A stretch of DNA of 64,000 nucleotides from NCBI GenBank assembly GCA_965261085.1, contig OZ253442.1, positions 928,001 through 992,000 on the forward strand. Reading direction: 5' to 3'. Shown here in pieces: positions 1 to 9,437 of this stretch. Under the pieces are notes generated by a model. The model did not search any database, was not told the DNA's origin, and saw only the letters and a list, made by a program, of their open reading frames with translations. This DNA comes from a bacterium. GTDB lineage: Bacteria > UBA8248. A program made the translations under genes and the position numbers. Within the stretch, counting starts at the first letter, position 1. Each line of letters starts with the position of its first letter.

Positions 1-563
1 ACGTGCCGCAGGCGGACTATCTCTACGCCTGGCGCACGCTCATCAACAACGTCGCCTTTCCCCTGGAGATGCGCGGGGTGGATCAGAAGACCCGCCACGA
101 GAAGGCGCGCGAATTCATCCAGCGCGTAGGCCTTGCGGGGTTTGAGGATCACTACCCGCACGAACTCTCGGGCGGAATGCGCCAGCGGGCCAACATCATC
201 CGCACTCTTATCTACGACCCCGAGGTAATCCTGATGGACGAGCCCTTCGGACCGCTCGACGCCCAGACGCGGATTATCCTTCAGGATCAGCTTTTGAAAC
301 TCTGGCGCGAAGCGCGCAAGACCGTCATATTCATCACGCACGATCTCGTCGAGGCCATCGCCCTGGCCGACAGGGTCGTCGTCATGACGAGCCGGCCCGG
401 CATGCTCAGGAGCGTCGCGGAAGTGAACATCCCGCGCCCGCGCGACGTGTTCACCATTCACGGCGAGGAAGTTTTTCGCAAGACCTACGATCAACTGTGG
501 GAGGAATTGCGCGAGGAGGTCCAGCGCAGCGAGGATTGGATGAAAAACGGGACCGCGGGATAA
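1..563 (+). CDS. NitT/TauT-family ABC transporter ATP-binding protein (5'-truncated by window edge)
   Basis: LSGGMRQR signature, ILMDEPF Walker B, ITHD H-loop; followed by a permease. Confidence 0.9.
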   Translation, partial: VPQADYLYAWRTLINNVAFPLEMRGVDQKTRHEKAREFIQRVGLAGFEDHYPHELSGGMRQRANIIRTLIYDPEVILMDEPFGPLDAQTRIILQDQLLKLWREARKTVIFITHDLVEAIALADRVVVMTSRPGMLRSVAEVNIPRPRDVFTIHGEEVFRKTYDQLWEELREEVQRSEDWMKNGTAG

Positions 564-589
564 AATACGCGGATGAGGAGGGGGTTGCC

Positions 590-1687
590 ATGGTCGACAT
601 GATCGATAAACCAGTGAGCGAGGACAAGGGATCGAGCGAGCCGGTGCAGAGCGTCCAAGAGGTTCTCGCCCGGATCAAGCTGCCCAAGTGGGGCGCGTTT
701 CTCCTGACGCTCCCCCTGCCGGGCGTTCCGCAACTCTGGCGAGGGGACTACCTGAGGGGCGCGCTTCTGCTGGGCCTCACCGTGGGCGGCTACATGGCCT
801 GTTCGGTCACGGGCATGTTATTTCACGCCATCGCGCTCGTGGACGTCTCCATCACGCGAACCGGGCGCATCATCAAGAACTCGCGCTTGCGCATGTTCGC
901 CTACCGGGCCTTTTTCGTGGGCGGCTTTCTGGCCATGTGGGAGTTGAGCGCCTGGGAAATCGGCCCCAAGCAATGGCTCTGCGTGGACCCGTTCTGGTTC
1001 GGCTCGCCCGTGCGCGTCCTGAGCTATCTGGTGGAGATAACGCTTTCGGGCGCCGTCTTCATCGATACGTGGACGACGATGTACGAGGCGTTCCTGGGCT
1101 ACATCATAGGCGCGGCTTTGGGTGTCGCCATGGGCTTCGTGCTGGCGCGGCTCGAGACCCTGGCCGAGATACTCGACCCCTTCATCGTCGCGGTGAACGG
1201 CATCCCGCGCGTGGCGATGGCGCCGATTCTCATCATCTGGTTCGGTATAGGCGTGGAGTCCAAAATCGTGCTGGCGGTGAGCCTCGTGCTCTTCCTCACC
1301 TTCATGAACACATACTCGGGCCTCAGAGGCGTGGACCCCAACCTCAAGAACCTGGCGCAAGTAATGGGCGCGAACGAGATGCAGGTTCTCTGGAAGGTCA
1401 CGCTGCCCGCAGCGATGCCCTGGATATTGACGGGCCTCAAGATAGGCGTTCCCTTCGCCGTCGTCGGGGCCATCCTGGGCGAGTTCATGGCGGCGAGCCA
1501 GGGGCTTGGCTTCATGATTCAGCATACGAGCAACCTGTTCAACATCGCGGGTTCGTTCGCGGGCCTTATCCTGCTCATGTTCATCGTGCTCATCGCCAAC
1601 TCGGCGGTGAACTGGCTGGAGCGCTATCTGCTGCGCTGGCGGCCCAAACAACAAGCCGCAGGCGAAGGCGCAACAGAGGTGTATTAG
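590..1687 (+). CDS. NitT/TauT-family ABC transporter permease with N-terminal membrane extension
   Basis: Multiple TM segments, EAA-like loop (NLAQVMGANEMQ...KVTLPAAMP); ATG at 590 after GAGGAGG. Confidence 0.85.
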   Translation: MVDMIDKPVSEDKGSSEPVQSVQEVLARIKLPKWGAFLLTLPLPGVPQLWRGDYLRGALLLGLTVGGYMACSVTGMLFHAIALVDVSITRTGRIIKNSRLRMFAYRAFFVGGFLAMWELSAWEIGPKQWLCVDPFWFGSPVRVLSYLVEITLSGAVFIDTWTTMYEAFLGYIIGAALGVAMGFVLARLETLAEILDPFIVAVNGIPRVAMAPILIIWFGIGVESKIVLAVSLVLFLTFMNTYSGLRGVDPNLKNLAQVMGANEMQVLWKVTLPAAMPWILTGLKIGVPFAVVGAILGEFMAASQGLGFMIQHTSNLFNIAGSFAGLILLMFIVLIANSAVNWLERYLLRWRPKQQAAGEGATEVY

Positions 1688-1727
1688 GGTCGATTCTCCC
1701 TGATCGGCCGGAAAATCTCTCTTTGGT

Positions 1728-1766
1728 TCTGTAGTGACAGCCCCTCCTTGGGGCTGTCACTACAGA
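1728..1766. repeat. Perfect 17-bp inverted repeat with 5-bp spacer (TCTGTAGTGACAGCCCC-TCCTT-GGGGCTGTCACTACAGA); terminator-like or abutted IS-type ends
   Basis: Read directly; the inner ends resemble the GGGGCTGT MITE termini seen elsewhere in the window. Confidence 0.75.
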
Positions 1767-1951
1767 CCTGTGTGTCCGCCCCGGTTTTCTCTCCCATTGC
1801 TATGTTTCTAAAATAAAAGCTCCCCCCACCGGCGCGGCTTCGGACTCCGTCCTCACCTTGCCGACTCCCCCTCAAGGGGGGAGTCATTTCATAAGCATAT
1901 GTCGATTGAGAAATTCATTCCCTGTTTTTGGGGGACTTTTTCAACAGCCTC
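1750..1951. mobile_element. MITE-like element carrying a REP-A palindrome
   Basis: About 1800-1949 is a near reverse-complement of 27446-27595; right end ACTTTTTCAACAGCC; flanks TCCTT / TCCTC. Confidence 0.6.
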
Positions 1952-2093
1952 TCCTCGCTCGGAATTGACCCTCAAGGGGGGAGAGTGATTGGGAAACAGC
2001 GTTTTTTGGAAATTCCTCTTTCGAGGTCGGGAACAAGCTTGCTTCCGCCTTCCGCACGGGCGGGCACGGGGGCCCGCCTCTACCTCTACACCC

Positions 2094-2882
2094 CTATGCA
2101 GACGTATCCGGCGGTGGAGTGACGCCGATTTCCCCGCGCAGGAGGCGGCGGAACGCGATGCGTCTCTGAACCTCCCGCACGAAGGCGCTTACCACGCGCC
2201 TCCATGTCACATACATCACACCGTCGGCGCTCATTTGTTTTTTGCGCGCGAGTTTGCGGTCGTGTTCGATCTGGGAATCGTCCTGCTCGTCGTGCGAGAC
2301 GACGGGCGGGTCGATATAGAACACGTTCAGCCCGTTTTCCCAGAAACGGGAGAGCGCCTGGTCGATTTCCCGCATCATCCTGGGCGTATTTTCCAGAAAG
2401 TGGCGAGCCGCATCGCGCGTGATGACGTAGCCGTAACCGCCGTAGTCGTGGTAGCGCACCCGCCCGACCCGGTGCCCCGTCCCGAGGCGCTCGCACGGGA
2501 TGAAGGTCCTGGACGAGCGACGGTTCAGCTTCACGACGTCAAAGGCGAACGGCCTGCGTTCCAGCGCGTCCAGCACCTTGGGCAAGTCCACTGACAAGAC
2601 GGCGTCATCCTCGAAGATCGACGCGGTTTCCGGGCCGTTCTCCACGATTTCCCGCATCACCTGGCGATGACTCATCCAGCAGGCAATTTCTGCGTCGGCC
2701 TGGGGCCAAAGACCCAGCCTCCGCCTGGTTTCCCTGTCGACCTGTGCGTAATGCTCGGGCGTGAGTTCCTTGGCATCGACGGCGGGGTGAAACGTCGCTT
2801 CCAGACCCAATGACGCGAATTGCTCCTCCATCCGGCGGCGGCGTTCCCCGGCTCTTTCGAGATTGATGACGAACAGCTTCAT
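2094..2882 (-). CDS. Glycosyltransferase family 25 (LOS/LPS biosynthesis type)
   Basis: FVINL..A.ERR start, AVD, CWMSH, IFEDD motifs typical of GT25. Confidence 0.9.
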   Translation of the reverse strand: MKLFVINLERAGERRRRMEEQFASLGLEATFHPAVDAKELTPEHYAQVDRETRRRLGLWPQADAEIACWMSHRQVMREIVENGPETASIFEDDAVLSVDLPKVLDALERRPFAFDVVKLNRRSSRTFIPCERLGTGHRVGRVRYHDYGGYGYVITRDAARHFLENTPRMMREIDQALSRFWENGLNVFYIDPPVVSHDEQDDSQIEHDRKLARKKQMSADGVMYVTWRRVVSAFVREVQRRIAFRRLLRGEIGVTPPPDTSA

Positions 2883-2956
2883 GGTCGGGTCCCCTCGTGG
2901 TGGCGGATATCTTTACTCATCCGCCGGACAATTCTGACGCATATACTCCGGTATTT

Positions 2957-4153
2957 TCAAAGCGCCTGCCGATGGCGGCGCTCGCGCACCAGGTCGAGAA
3001 TCAGGCGCTCATACTGATCGACCGAGGCGTCGAGCGAGAACTCCTGCGCCCTTGCCATCAGCACCTCCTTCTCCGGCGGGGAATCGAGAACACGCTCCAT
3101 GGCCGCCGCAAGCGCGGTATCGTCCCCCACGGGCGCGAGCGGTCCGAATCACCCGTTATCCAGAATCTCCGATGCGCCAGCTTGGCAGTTCGTGCTCACG
3201 CACGGGCAGCCGCACGCCATCGCCTGAATTAAAACACCGGGTAAACCCTCATACCTGGAAGAGAGAACGAACAAAGAGACGCGGCTCATGAAGGCGTAGG
3301 GGTTTGAGACCCAGCCGGGCAGGGACACTTTTTCCTGCAGCCCCAATTTGCGGATCATCTTCTCCAGCCTCTTCCGCCAGCTTCCTTCTCCGAGAATAAT
3401 CAGGCGAACCCGGCGATTCCGGGAGACTTGCCGAAATGCCCGTAAAAGGGTCGGAAAATCCTTGACTCTCGCCAGCCTTCCGGCAGCCAGTATGACCGGG
3501 GGACCATCGTCGGTCATCCAGGGATGGTCGGGGACGACCGGGGCCAGCTCGGCGATGTCTGTGGAGACGACGGGATTGTAGATTCGGGAAATTCTCTTGC
3601 GGGGGATTCCAAGTTCGAGGGCGAGGTTGTTGGCGACGCCGTCCGATACGGCAAGAATGTGATCCGCAATCGGGAACAAAATAGGGTAAAGGTTACGAAA
3701 CCTCCATTTTGTGTGCCTGAGAAAGATACGGACAGTCGGAATTGTCACAGGGCTCAGTCTGGTGAAAGAAAGCGCCATCAACGTCGTTGATTTGGACCTG
3801 GGGAGTGAAGGGAGAATGCAGTCCGGCCGTTCTTCGTCGATATAGGCGGCTATGGAGCGGGCGTCCTGCAGTAAACTTTTTCGCAGAAACTTGAGTATTC
3901 TCAAACCGAAGCGCCGCGTGAGTTGGATGCGGTCGCGAAAGTCATTTATCGGTTCTTGGTTCAATACGAACAGGCGCGCCTCAGGGGGGATTTCGTCCAC
4001 AAGTGTGTCTATTTTTTCGAATACGAGAATATCCACACGATACCCACGGTCAATCAGCCCGCGCGCCAGTCTCAGTACGGAGCGTTCCGCGCCGCCGCCA
4101 CCCAAATGAGGGATGGCGAGAGCAATCCGCAGGAATTTTTCAGGTTCGTTCAT
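2957..4153 (-). pseudogene. GT4 (GT-B) glycosyltransferase with in-frame TGA at 3149-3151
   Basis: GGAER, GRL..VKDF, SRYEGLPGVLIQAMACG motifs; the frame continues 63 codons past the TGA with a typical GT4 tail (FGPLAPVGDDTALAAAMERVL...QEFSLDASVDQYE). Confidence 0.8.
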
Positions 4154-4251
4154 TTCCGATTTTCCGCACATACCCACCCAAGGCGCGATGTTCTTTCGAG
4201 ACGACGCTTCTCATTACCTCGGAATTTCGTATCGCGCATTCTGGCCTCGGC

Positions 4252-5028
4252 TTATTCTGAATCGCCGCCGGTCCCGGCGCTTCGCACCTTGCGATAATAG
4301 TATATGTGCTTTAGCGCTTCTTCCCTAAGATTACTTAGGATGCGGCGGCCCAGTTTCCAGAAATTCCGGCTCGGCCGGGAATCCGCCGCTTCCTGAACGA
4401 AGGAATGGCCGTCCGCCTCGTTTATATGGAACACGACGGGCGTTTCCAGGGAGAAAACATCCATTCCGTTTTCCCAGTATGCGTGCAGCGTATGATCGAT
4501 CTGATGCACGATTCTTGGACAATTTTTCAGAAAGCGGCTCGCTCCTTTTTTCGAGACCACGTAACTTTGCGTCCCCCAGTCCGAAAACTTCGTAATGCCC
4601 AACCGGACGCCCGCATCGACTCTCTTGAGCGGCGCAAAGGGTTTGTCCGTATCGTTTCGGTGCAGAAAAACGAGGTCGAACTCCCAGCCCGAGGCGTAGA
4701 GCCGCGCAAGCGCATCCAGCGCACCGCCGATTTCGGGCGCGAGCGTTACGTCGTCCTCGAAGACGGCTACGAGCTCATCCTCTCCCGCCGCGACGCTTCC
4801 GAGCGCCTTTCTGTGGCTGATATAACAGGCGATCATGCCGTCCGAGAGCGGGCGGCGGCCCTCCCTGTCGCGGGATATCCTGTCCACGAGGGCCCAGTCT
4901 TCATCATTCAGATCGCGCCAGTCGATGGCGTCAAGAATCTCGAATTCCATGCCTAAAGCGTTGAATTGTCTTCGCATCGCACGCCGCCTGTCTTCGGCGC
5001 GCGGCAGGTTGATGACGACGCACTTCAT
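4252..5028 (-). CDS. Glycosyltransferase family 25 (second paralog)
   Basis: VVINL..AEDRR, ACYISH, VFEDD motifs. Confidence 0.9.
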   Translation of the reverse strand: MKCVVINLPRAEDRRRAMRRQFNALGMEFEILDAIDWRDLNDEDWALVDRISRDREGRRPLSDGMIACYISHRKALGSVAAGEDELVAVFEDDVTLAPEIGGALDALARLYASGWEFDLVFLHRNDTDKPFAPLKRVDAGVRLGITKFSDWGTQSYVVSKKGASRFLKNCPRIVHQIDHTLHAYWENGMDVFSLETPVVFHINEADGHSFVQEAADSRPSRNFWKLGRRILSNLREEALKHIYYYRKVRSAGTGGDSE

Positions 5029-5122
5029 CGCGTGCGGGTCATGGGCCACCGTTTTGCTCCTTCGCCTCAAATATCGCTTCCGGGATGGAAAACGACGAAT
5101 GCGCCCGCCTTTCGTTTTTGAT

Positions 5123-5252
5123 CGTCATTCCGGCGCATGCCGGAATCTAGAGCCGATGAGGAAGGGCACGTCACGGCCTTTGATCGCCTCGATGATCGGG
5201 GCGGCCCAATGGAAAAACCGAAAAATGGATTCCGGCTTTCGCCGGAATGACG
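5123..5252. repeat. REP-B doublet (CGTCATTCCGGCG-nnn-GCCGGAATC, dRS3-like) in inverted orientation
   Basis: Same unit at 29745-29904, 30405-30566 and partially at 27820-27914. Confidence 0.8.
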
Positions 5253-5301
5253 GGGGGATGCGGAACTAAAGAGACGCAAGATTCCTGCCCCCACGCCGGA
5301 A

Positions 5302-5352
5302 ACCCCCCACCAACGCGGCTTCGCGTTGACTCCCCCTCAAGGGGGGAGTGAT
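5302..5352. repeat. REP-A palindrome (core ACTCCCCCTCAAGGGGGGAGT)
   Basis: Cores at 1864-1884, 5329-5349, 27511-27531, 27641-27660, 30108-30128; interrupted copies at about 1970, 29958 and 30280. Confidence 0.85.
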
Positions 5353-5369
5353 TTCCGACCCTTCTACGA

Positions 5370-5393
5370 GGGCCGTTCACGAACAGCCCCTAC
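5370..5393. repeat. REP-C, GTAG-type hairpin (GGGC...GCCCCTAC)
   Basis: Related hairpins at 27734-27753, 29672-29705, 30317-30345, 30582-30607. Confidence 0.65.
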
Positions 5394-5441
5394 AAATCCA
5401 AAACCCCCTCCCGTGAAAGGCAACCCCCAACCCCCTTTATC

Positions 5442-5460
5442 GGGGCTGTTGAAAAATCCT
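5442..5460 (+). mobile_element. Solo IS1182/MITE-type terminal repeat (GGGGCTGTTGAAAAA)
   Basis: Identical to the first 15 bp of the MITE at 27444; 14/15 to the IS end at 7401. Confidence 0.6.
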
Positions 5461-5514
5461 CGTCGGCGGGGTTTTTGGTTTCGGAATTTCTTAGTTTAAG
5501 GCCTTTCCTTCCGT

Positions 5515-6246
5515 CTAAGTTGTGTCCGCTTCGTGTTTGGTATTTCCATGCTCTGCACGATAAGCGCGCCCGGTATCCACCACCACAATGAGCCCTGCGC
5601 TCTTTTCCAGTCTCAGGTAGGCATTCTTGAAGCGTTTACAATACCGGAACAACTCTTTGTTGTAGGGGCCATAATTCATGGAGGCCTGAGATTCGGGATC
5701 AAGGTCGAGGTTCATCAGTTCTGAATATTGATTGGCGAATTCCCGCTCAACGAAACATGGGCAAAGGGTAAACCAAGGGAATCTCGTCCTGAATGGGGTA
5801 TAACGAATTCTCTTGCTTCTCGTTTTGAATTTTCGTCTACGAGTTCTCCAGTTTTTCATGTCGTTCTGGTGGAACATCGTAACCATTTTGGTCCTGCAAT
5901 CGAGAAGCTCAAATACTTCTTCAGGGTCAACCTTCGCAATCGCCAGCCAATCATCTTCAAGGTGAAGCGCAACCGGAGATGATATTTTCGACCAGAGGTT
6001 CTTCACCGCCAGACTGAACCCCGGAGTTTCCGGCATGGATAATTCGGCGTCCGGGAAATAGTGCAGAATCATATCTCGACACGTCTCCCCGTCTTTCGTC
6101 GTCCCCATGTACGGGTCGATGTTTGCGAATACCTGATGGATTACAAAGCCGGGGAATACGTGTTCCTGAAAAGACTTGAGCGTGAGTTCAAGGAGTTTTG
6201 GTCTGCGACCAGAGATCAAGGTAAGGTCAATTTCTGTGATCTCCAT
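5515..6246 (-). CDS. Putative GT-A fold glycosyltransferase
   Basis: RRPKLLELTLKSF start and HLEDDW (DxD-like) motif; lies within the glycan locus. Confidence 0.55.
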   Translation of the reverse strand: MEITEIDLTLISGRRPKLLELTLKSFQEHVFPGFVIHQVFANIDPYMGTTKDGETCRDMILHYFPDAELSMPETPGFSLAVKNLWSKISSPVALHLEDDWLAIAKVDPEEVFELLDCRTKMVTMFHQNDMKNWRTRRRKFKTRSKRIRYTPFRTRFPWFTLCPCFVEREFANQYSELMNLDLDPESQASMNYGPYNKELFRYCKRFKNAYLRLEKSAGLIVVVDTGRAYRAEHGNTKHEADTT

Positions 6247-6310
6247 GTTGCTTCCCCTTTACTCATCCAGCGCCAAGGGTATCTGCTCGCTCAGTTTTGT
6301 TAATGCCCTT

Positions 6311-7230
6311 TTAATCAAGATGATATGGAGAACAAATAACCATTGAGTGATTTTTGTGAGAAATCTTATCGACCAAGGCTAACTTGAAGTCCTTCTTCCA
6401 GAACCCGATTTCTCGCAACTCGTAAATGAATTCGTAATTGTTTTTTTTTAAAATTCGATAGCCGGGTTTGCTCCATCAGATATGTTCGAGGCCAATATTT
6501 CACAAGCAATAACCAGCTTATGCTTATTCAAAATATTAACGGCTCCTTCGAGACATTCCATTTCATGGTTTTCCACATCGATCTTTACGAAGTCGATACC
6601 TGCGCAACGATTCACCATTTCCATGTTATCCAGTAAATCGACATCAAATTCCACACAATTGAATTCATCATATGGAGTTGTTGGACTTTTAGCAATAATC
6701 ACTTGACTAGCATCTGTTATAGGTTCTATTGCGCGCACCTTTTCATAGACATTCGAACATCCCAGGTTGACGGGAAAAACATTGCCCGCTAGTTTCGCAT
6801 TGATTTTCAGAAGTTGGTATGTTCTCGGGTGAGGCTCAATAGCAATTACCTTGTCAAAAAATTGCGCAAAATATAGCGCGTGGGTTCCGATGTGTGCCCC
6901 GATATCCAGACATACCGCCTTACTTTTAAGTTTCGGGAAGACTCTCAATGCCAGAAAATCTAATTCTTTAATTTCATACCACCCGTTCATAAGTAGCATC
7001 GCCGAAGAATGATCTGATGAAAAACAAGCAACCTTGGGATATTTTTTTGCATTTTCCTTAATCGCTTCCGCTAAGTACTTGTGCGTTATACGCCTTGCTC
7101 CTTTTATTGGATGTAATACAAGGCGCAGTAGATTCCGTACAAATTTTGTTCCGTTCTTCAAGAGAACTCCAAACATTGTTTTATTCTGCATTGTCTGCAG
7201 ATGCTCTAGGTTTCGCATCATCTTTCTCAT
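6311..7230 (-). pseudogene. FkbM-family methyltransferase, frameshifted near the C-terminus
   Basis: LDIGAHIG, IEP, FVKIDVEN.E motifs; stop at 6448-6450 within a T4A9 run, with 46 further plausible codons in the -1 frame to 6311. Confidence 0.75.
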
Positions 7231-7400
7231 CGCTTCCCCTCGACTGGTCCCACTCCGCCTCCGTGGGCGGATATTAGCATTTCTTCGTCGATGGGGTAAC
7301 GAGGCGGGCGGCAAACCGCAATCGCAGTTCCTCCCTTATCGGTCGGAACTGACTTCATCAGTCGCGATTGACCTCATCGGTCGGCAAACGCTCGCTCCTC

Positions 7401-8922
7401 GGGGTTGTTGAAAAACCCCTGACTCTATGCTTGGATGTATGGATATTACGCGCCCGAGAAGGGAATATCCGCGATGTTGGGACGCAAGAACCGCGCCCAG
7501 ATGGATTTGTTCATCACCGGTTCGCTGGAGAGGTTGATTCCCGAGGATCACATATTGGCCCGCGTGAACCGCGTTCTGGACCTGAGTTGGCTGCGCGAGG
7601 AAGTGGCGGATTGTTATTGCGCGGACAACGGCCGTCCTGGGATCGACCCCGAAGTGGCGGTTCGGTTGATGTTGGCGGGCCTTCTGCTGGGGTTCGTGCA
7701 CGACCGTCGGTTGATGCGCGAGGCGCAGGTGAACATCGCGATCCGGTGGTTCATCGGTTACGGGCTGGAGGATCGGCTGCCGGATCATTCGAGCCTGACG
7801 CGGATACGGCAGCGCTGGGGGGAGGCCCGGTTCCGGGAGATATTCCGCCGCACGGTCCGTGCGTGCCTGGATGCGAAGGTGGCCAAGGCCGAAGTCGTGC
7901 ACGTGGACGCCTCATTGATCCGCGCGGACGTGAGTTGGGAGAGTCTGGTGGAGCGTCACGTGGACGAGGTGATAGCGGAGAACCCCGTCGAGGAGGAGGC
8001 CGGGAAGAAGGGTGGAGGAGGCCGCCGTGGCGGGGGTTCCGGGAAGGTGAGCCGGACGGACCCGGACGCGCGGCTGGCGAGAACGGGCGGGGGATTCGAG
8101 CCGAGCTACAAGCAGCACGCTGTGGTGGACGACACGCGCGGGGTGGTGCTCGACGTATCGGTGACGGAGGGTACGGTGAACGAGCGTGAGGTGCTCGAAT
8201 CGCAGGTGGAAGCGGTATGCGAGGTATCGGGGCGCGCGCCCGCGATGGTGACGGCGGACTCTGGCTACGCCTACTCGAAGGTCTACGCGGCCCTGGAGCG
8301 CCGGGGTGTGGCCGCGCTCATTCCGGCGAAGAGGGAACCCTCGCAGAGCCGTGTTCCGTTGCGCCTGTTCCGCTACGACGCGCGGCACGACATCGTGAAG
8401 TGTCCGCGCGGCAAGATACTGAGCCCCCGTCGGCCCGCAAAGGGGGGGCGTTATTATCGTTCGAAGACCCGTGATTGCGCGGGCTGCGCGCTTCGCGAGG
8501 ATTGCCTGCCGAAGGCGTGGTCGAGCAAGGTGGTGTTGGTTCCGCATGCGTATCCGGCGCTGTTGCGCGCGCGCCGGCGCCATGCGCGATGGAGGGAGGA
8601 GGAGCGGCGGATGTACCGGCGTCATATGTGGCGCTCGGAGGGCTACCACGGCGAGGCGAAGACCTGGCACGGGCTTGCGCGCGCGGTGCGGCGCGGTCTT
8701 GAGAACATGAAGATACAGTCCTACCTGACGGCGGCGGCGATCAACCTCAAGCGGCTCTCCGCCGCACTTGCTGCAAGGTTATTCGCCCTCTGGAGGGCCT
8801 GGTCGGCCCGGGAAGAGCCTCTGTGCGTCCATCGCGGCCTCGCAAGCTGCGTGGGCTTCCTGTCCGCCGCCGCGTGACCCTCCATACCGCCCGCTCCCGA
8901 AACCGGGTTATTCAACAACCCC
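7401..8922 (+). mobile_element. IS1182-family insertion sequence, complete
   Basis: Terminal inverted repeats GGGGTTGTTGAA(A/T)AACCC (17/18), 5-bp direct repeat TCCTC on both flanks, internal transposase. Confidence 0.92.
7474..8877 (+). CDS. IS1182-family DDE transposase
   Basis: GRPGIDP, LPDHSSLTRIRQR, VDAS, TDPDAR, ADSGY, CP.G/C..C zinc motif, SEGYHGEAK. Confidence 0.93.
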   Translation: MLGRKNRAQMDLFITGSLERLIPEDHILARVNRVLDLSWLREEVADCYCADNGRPGIDPEVAVRLMLAGLLLGFVHDRRLMREAQVNIAIRWFIGYGLEDRLPDHSSLTRIRQRWGEARFREIFRRTVRACLDAKVAKAEVVHVDASLIRADVSWESLVERHVDEVIAENPVEEEAGKKGGGGRRGGGSGKVSRTDPDARLARTGGGFEPSYKQHAVVDDTRGVVLDVSVTEGTVNEREVLESQVEAVCEVSGRAPAMVTADSGYAYSKVYAALERRGVAALIPAKREPSQSRVPLRLFRYDARHDIVKCPRGKILSPRRPAKGGRYYRSKTRDCAGCALREDCLPKAWSSKVVLVPHAYPALLRARRRHARWREEERRMYRRHMWRSEGYHGEAKTWHGLARAVRRGLENMKIQSYLTAAAINLKRLSAALAARLFALWRAWSAREEPLCVHRGLASCVGFLSAAA

Positions 8923-9437
8923 TCCTCGTTCGCGTTTGACCCCGCATTTGCCGTTATCGGGTCTTTTCGGGATGCGGCAGAATACGTCTCGTGAAGGGCA
9001 GGCCTTCGCGTGAATTCGACCGAGGACGAGAAGCAATGCAAATAATCAAATTTAATGAAAATATCGATAAATTCACGGGGTTTTTCAATAAAAAACGGGC
9101 CATGATAATCCTTGTAAGCTATTGTAATATAACATTAAATGATGTGAATATGAGCGTGGTTGACTCAGATATGACCGCGAAAAGTTTTTCAAGCCTCCGC
9201 AATTGCCCGCAGTTGCGATGACATAGGCGCGATTCCGCGCACCTCCCGGCATCTCCCCGCAAGCTCTCTCCGTCCGGCATTACCCTGAGAGACCCGAGGC
9301 CCCATCCTCTGAAAAGCCGGGATGGATTCTCGCGCCGAAATAAGGGATAATGCGGGATTCCAACAACAGGGACATTACTTGAGTTTCCGGTTCCCAAGAA
9401 ACAAGGGACATATCTTTTCCAACCAGGAGGAAAGCAG

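Noticed and set aside
3149-3151. TGA as selenocysteine or an alternative genetic code
   Set aside because: The position is not a Cys or Trp site in GT4, and many intact genes in the window end with TGA
6441-6453. Programmed -1 ribosomal frameshift in FkbM
   Set aside because: In-frame A-UUU-UAA does not fit the X-XXY-YYZ slippery pattern and no clear stimulatory hairpin was seen
9180-9430. Riboswitch or ncRNA in the long leader of tctC
   Set aside because: Only short hairpins and a repeated AGGGACAT; no riboswitch consensus recognised by eye (an Rfam search would settle it)
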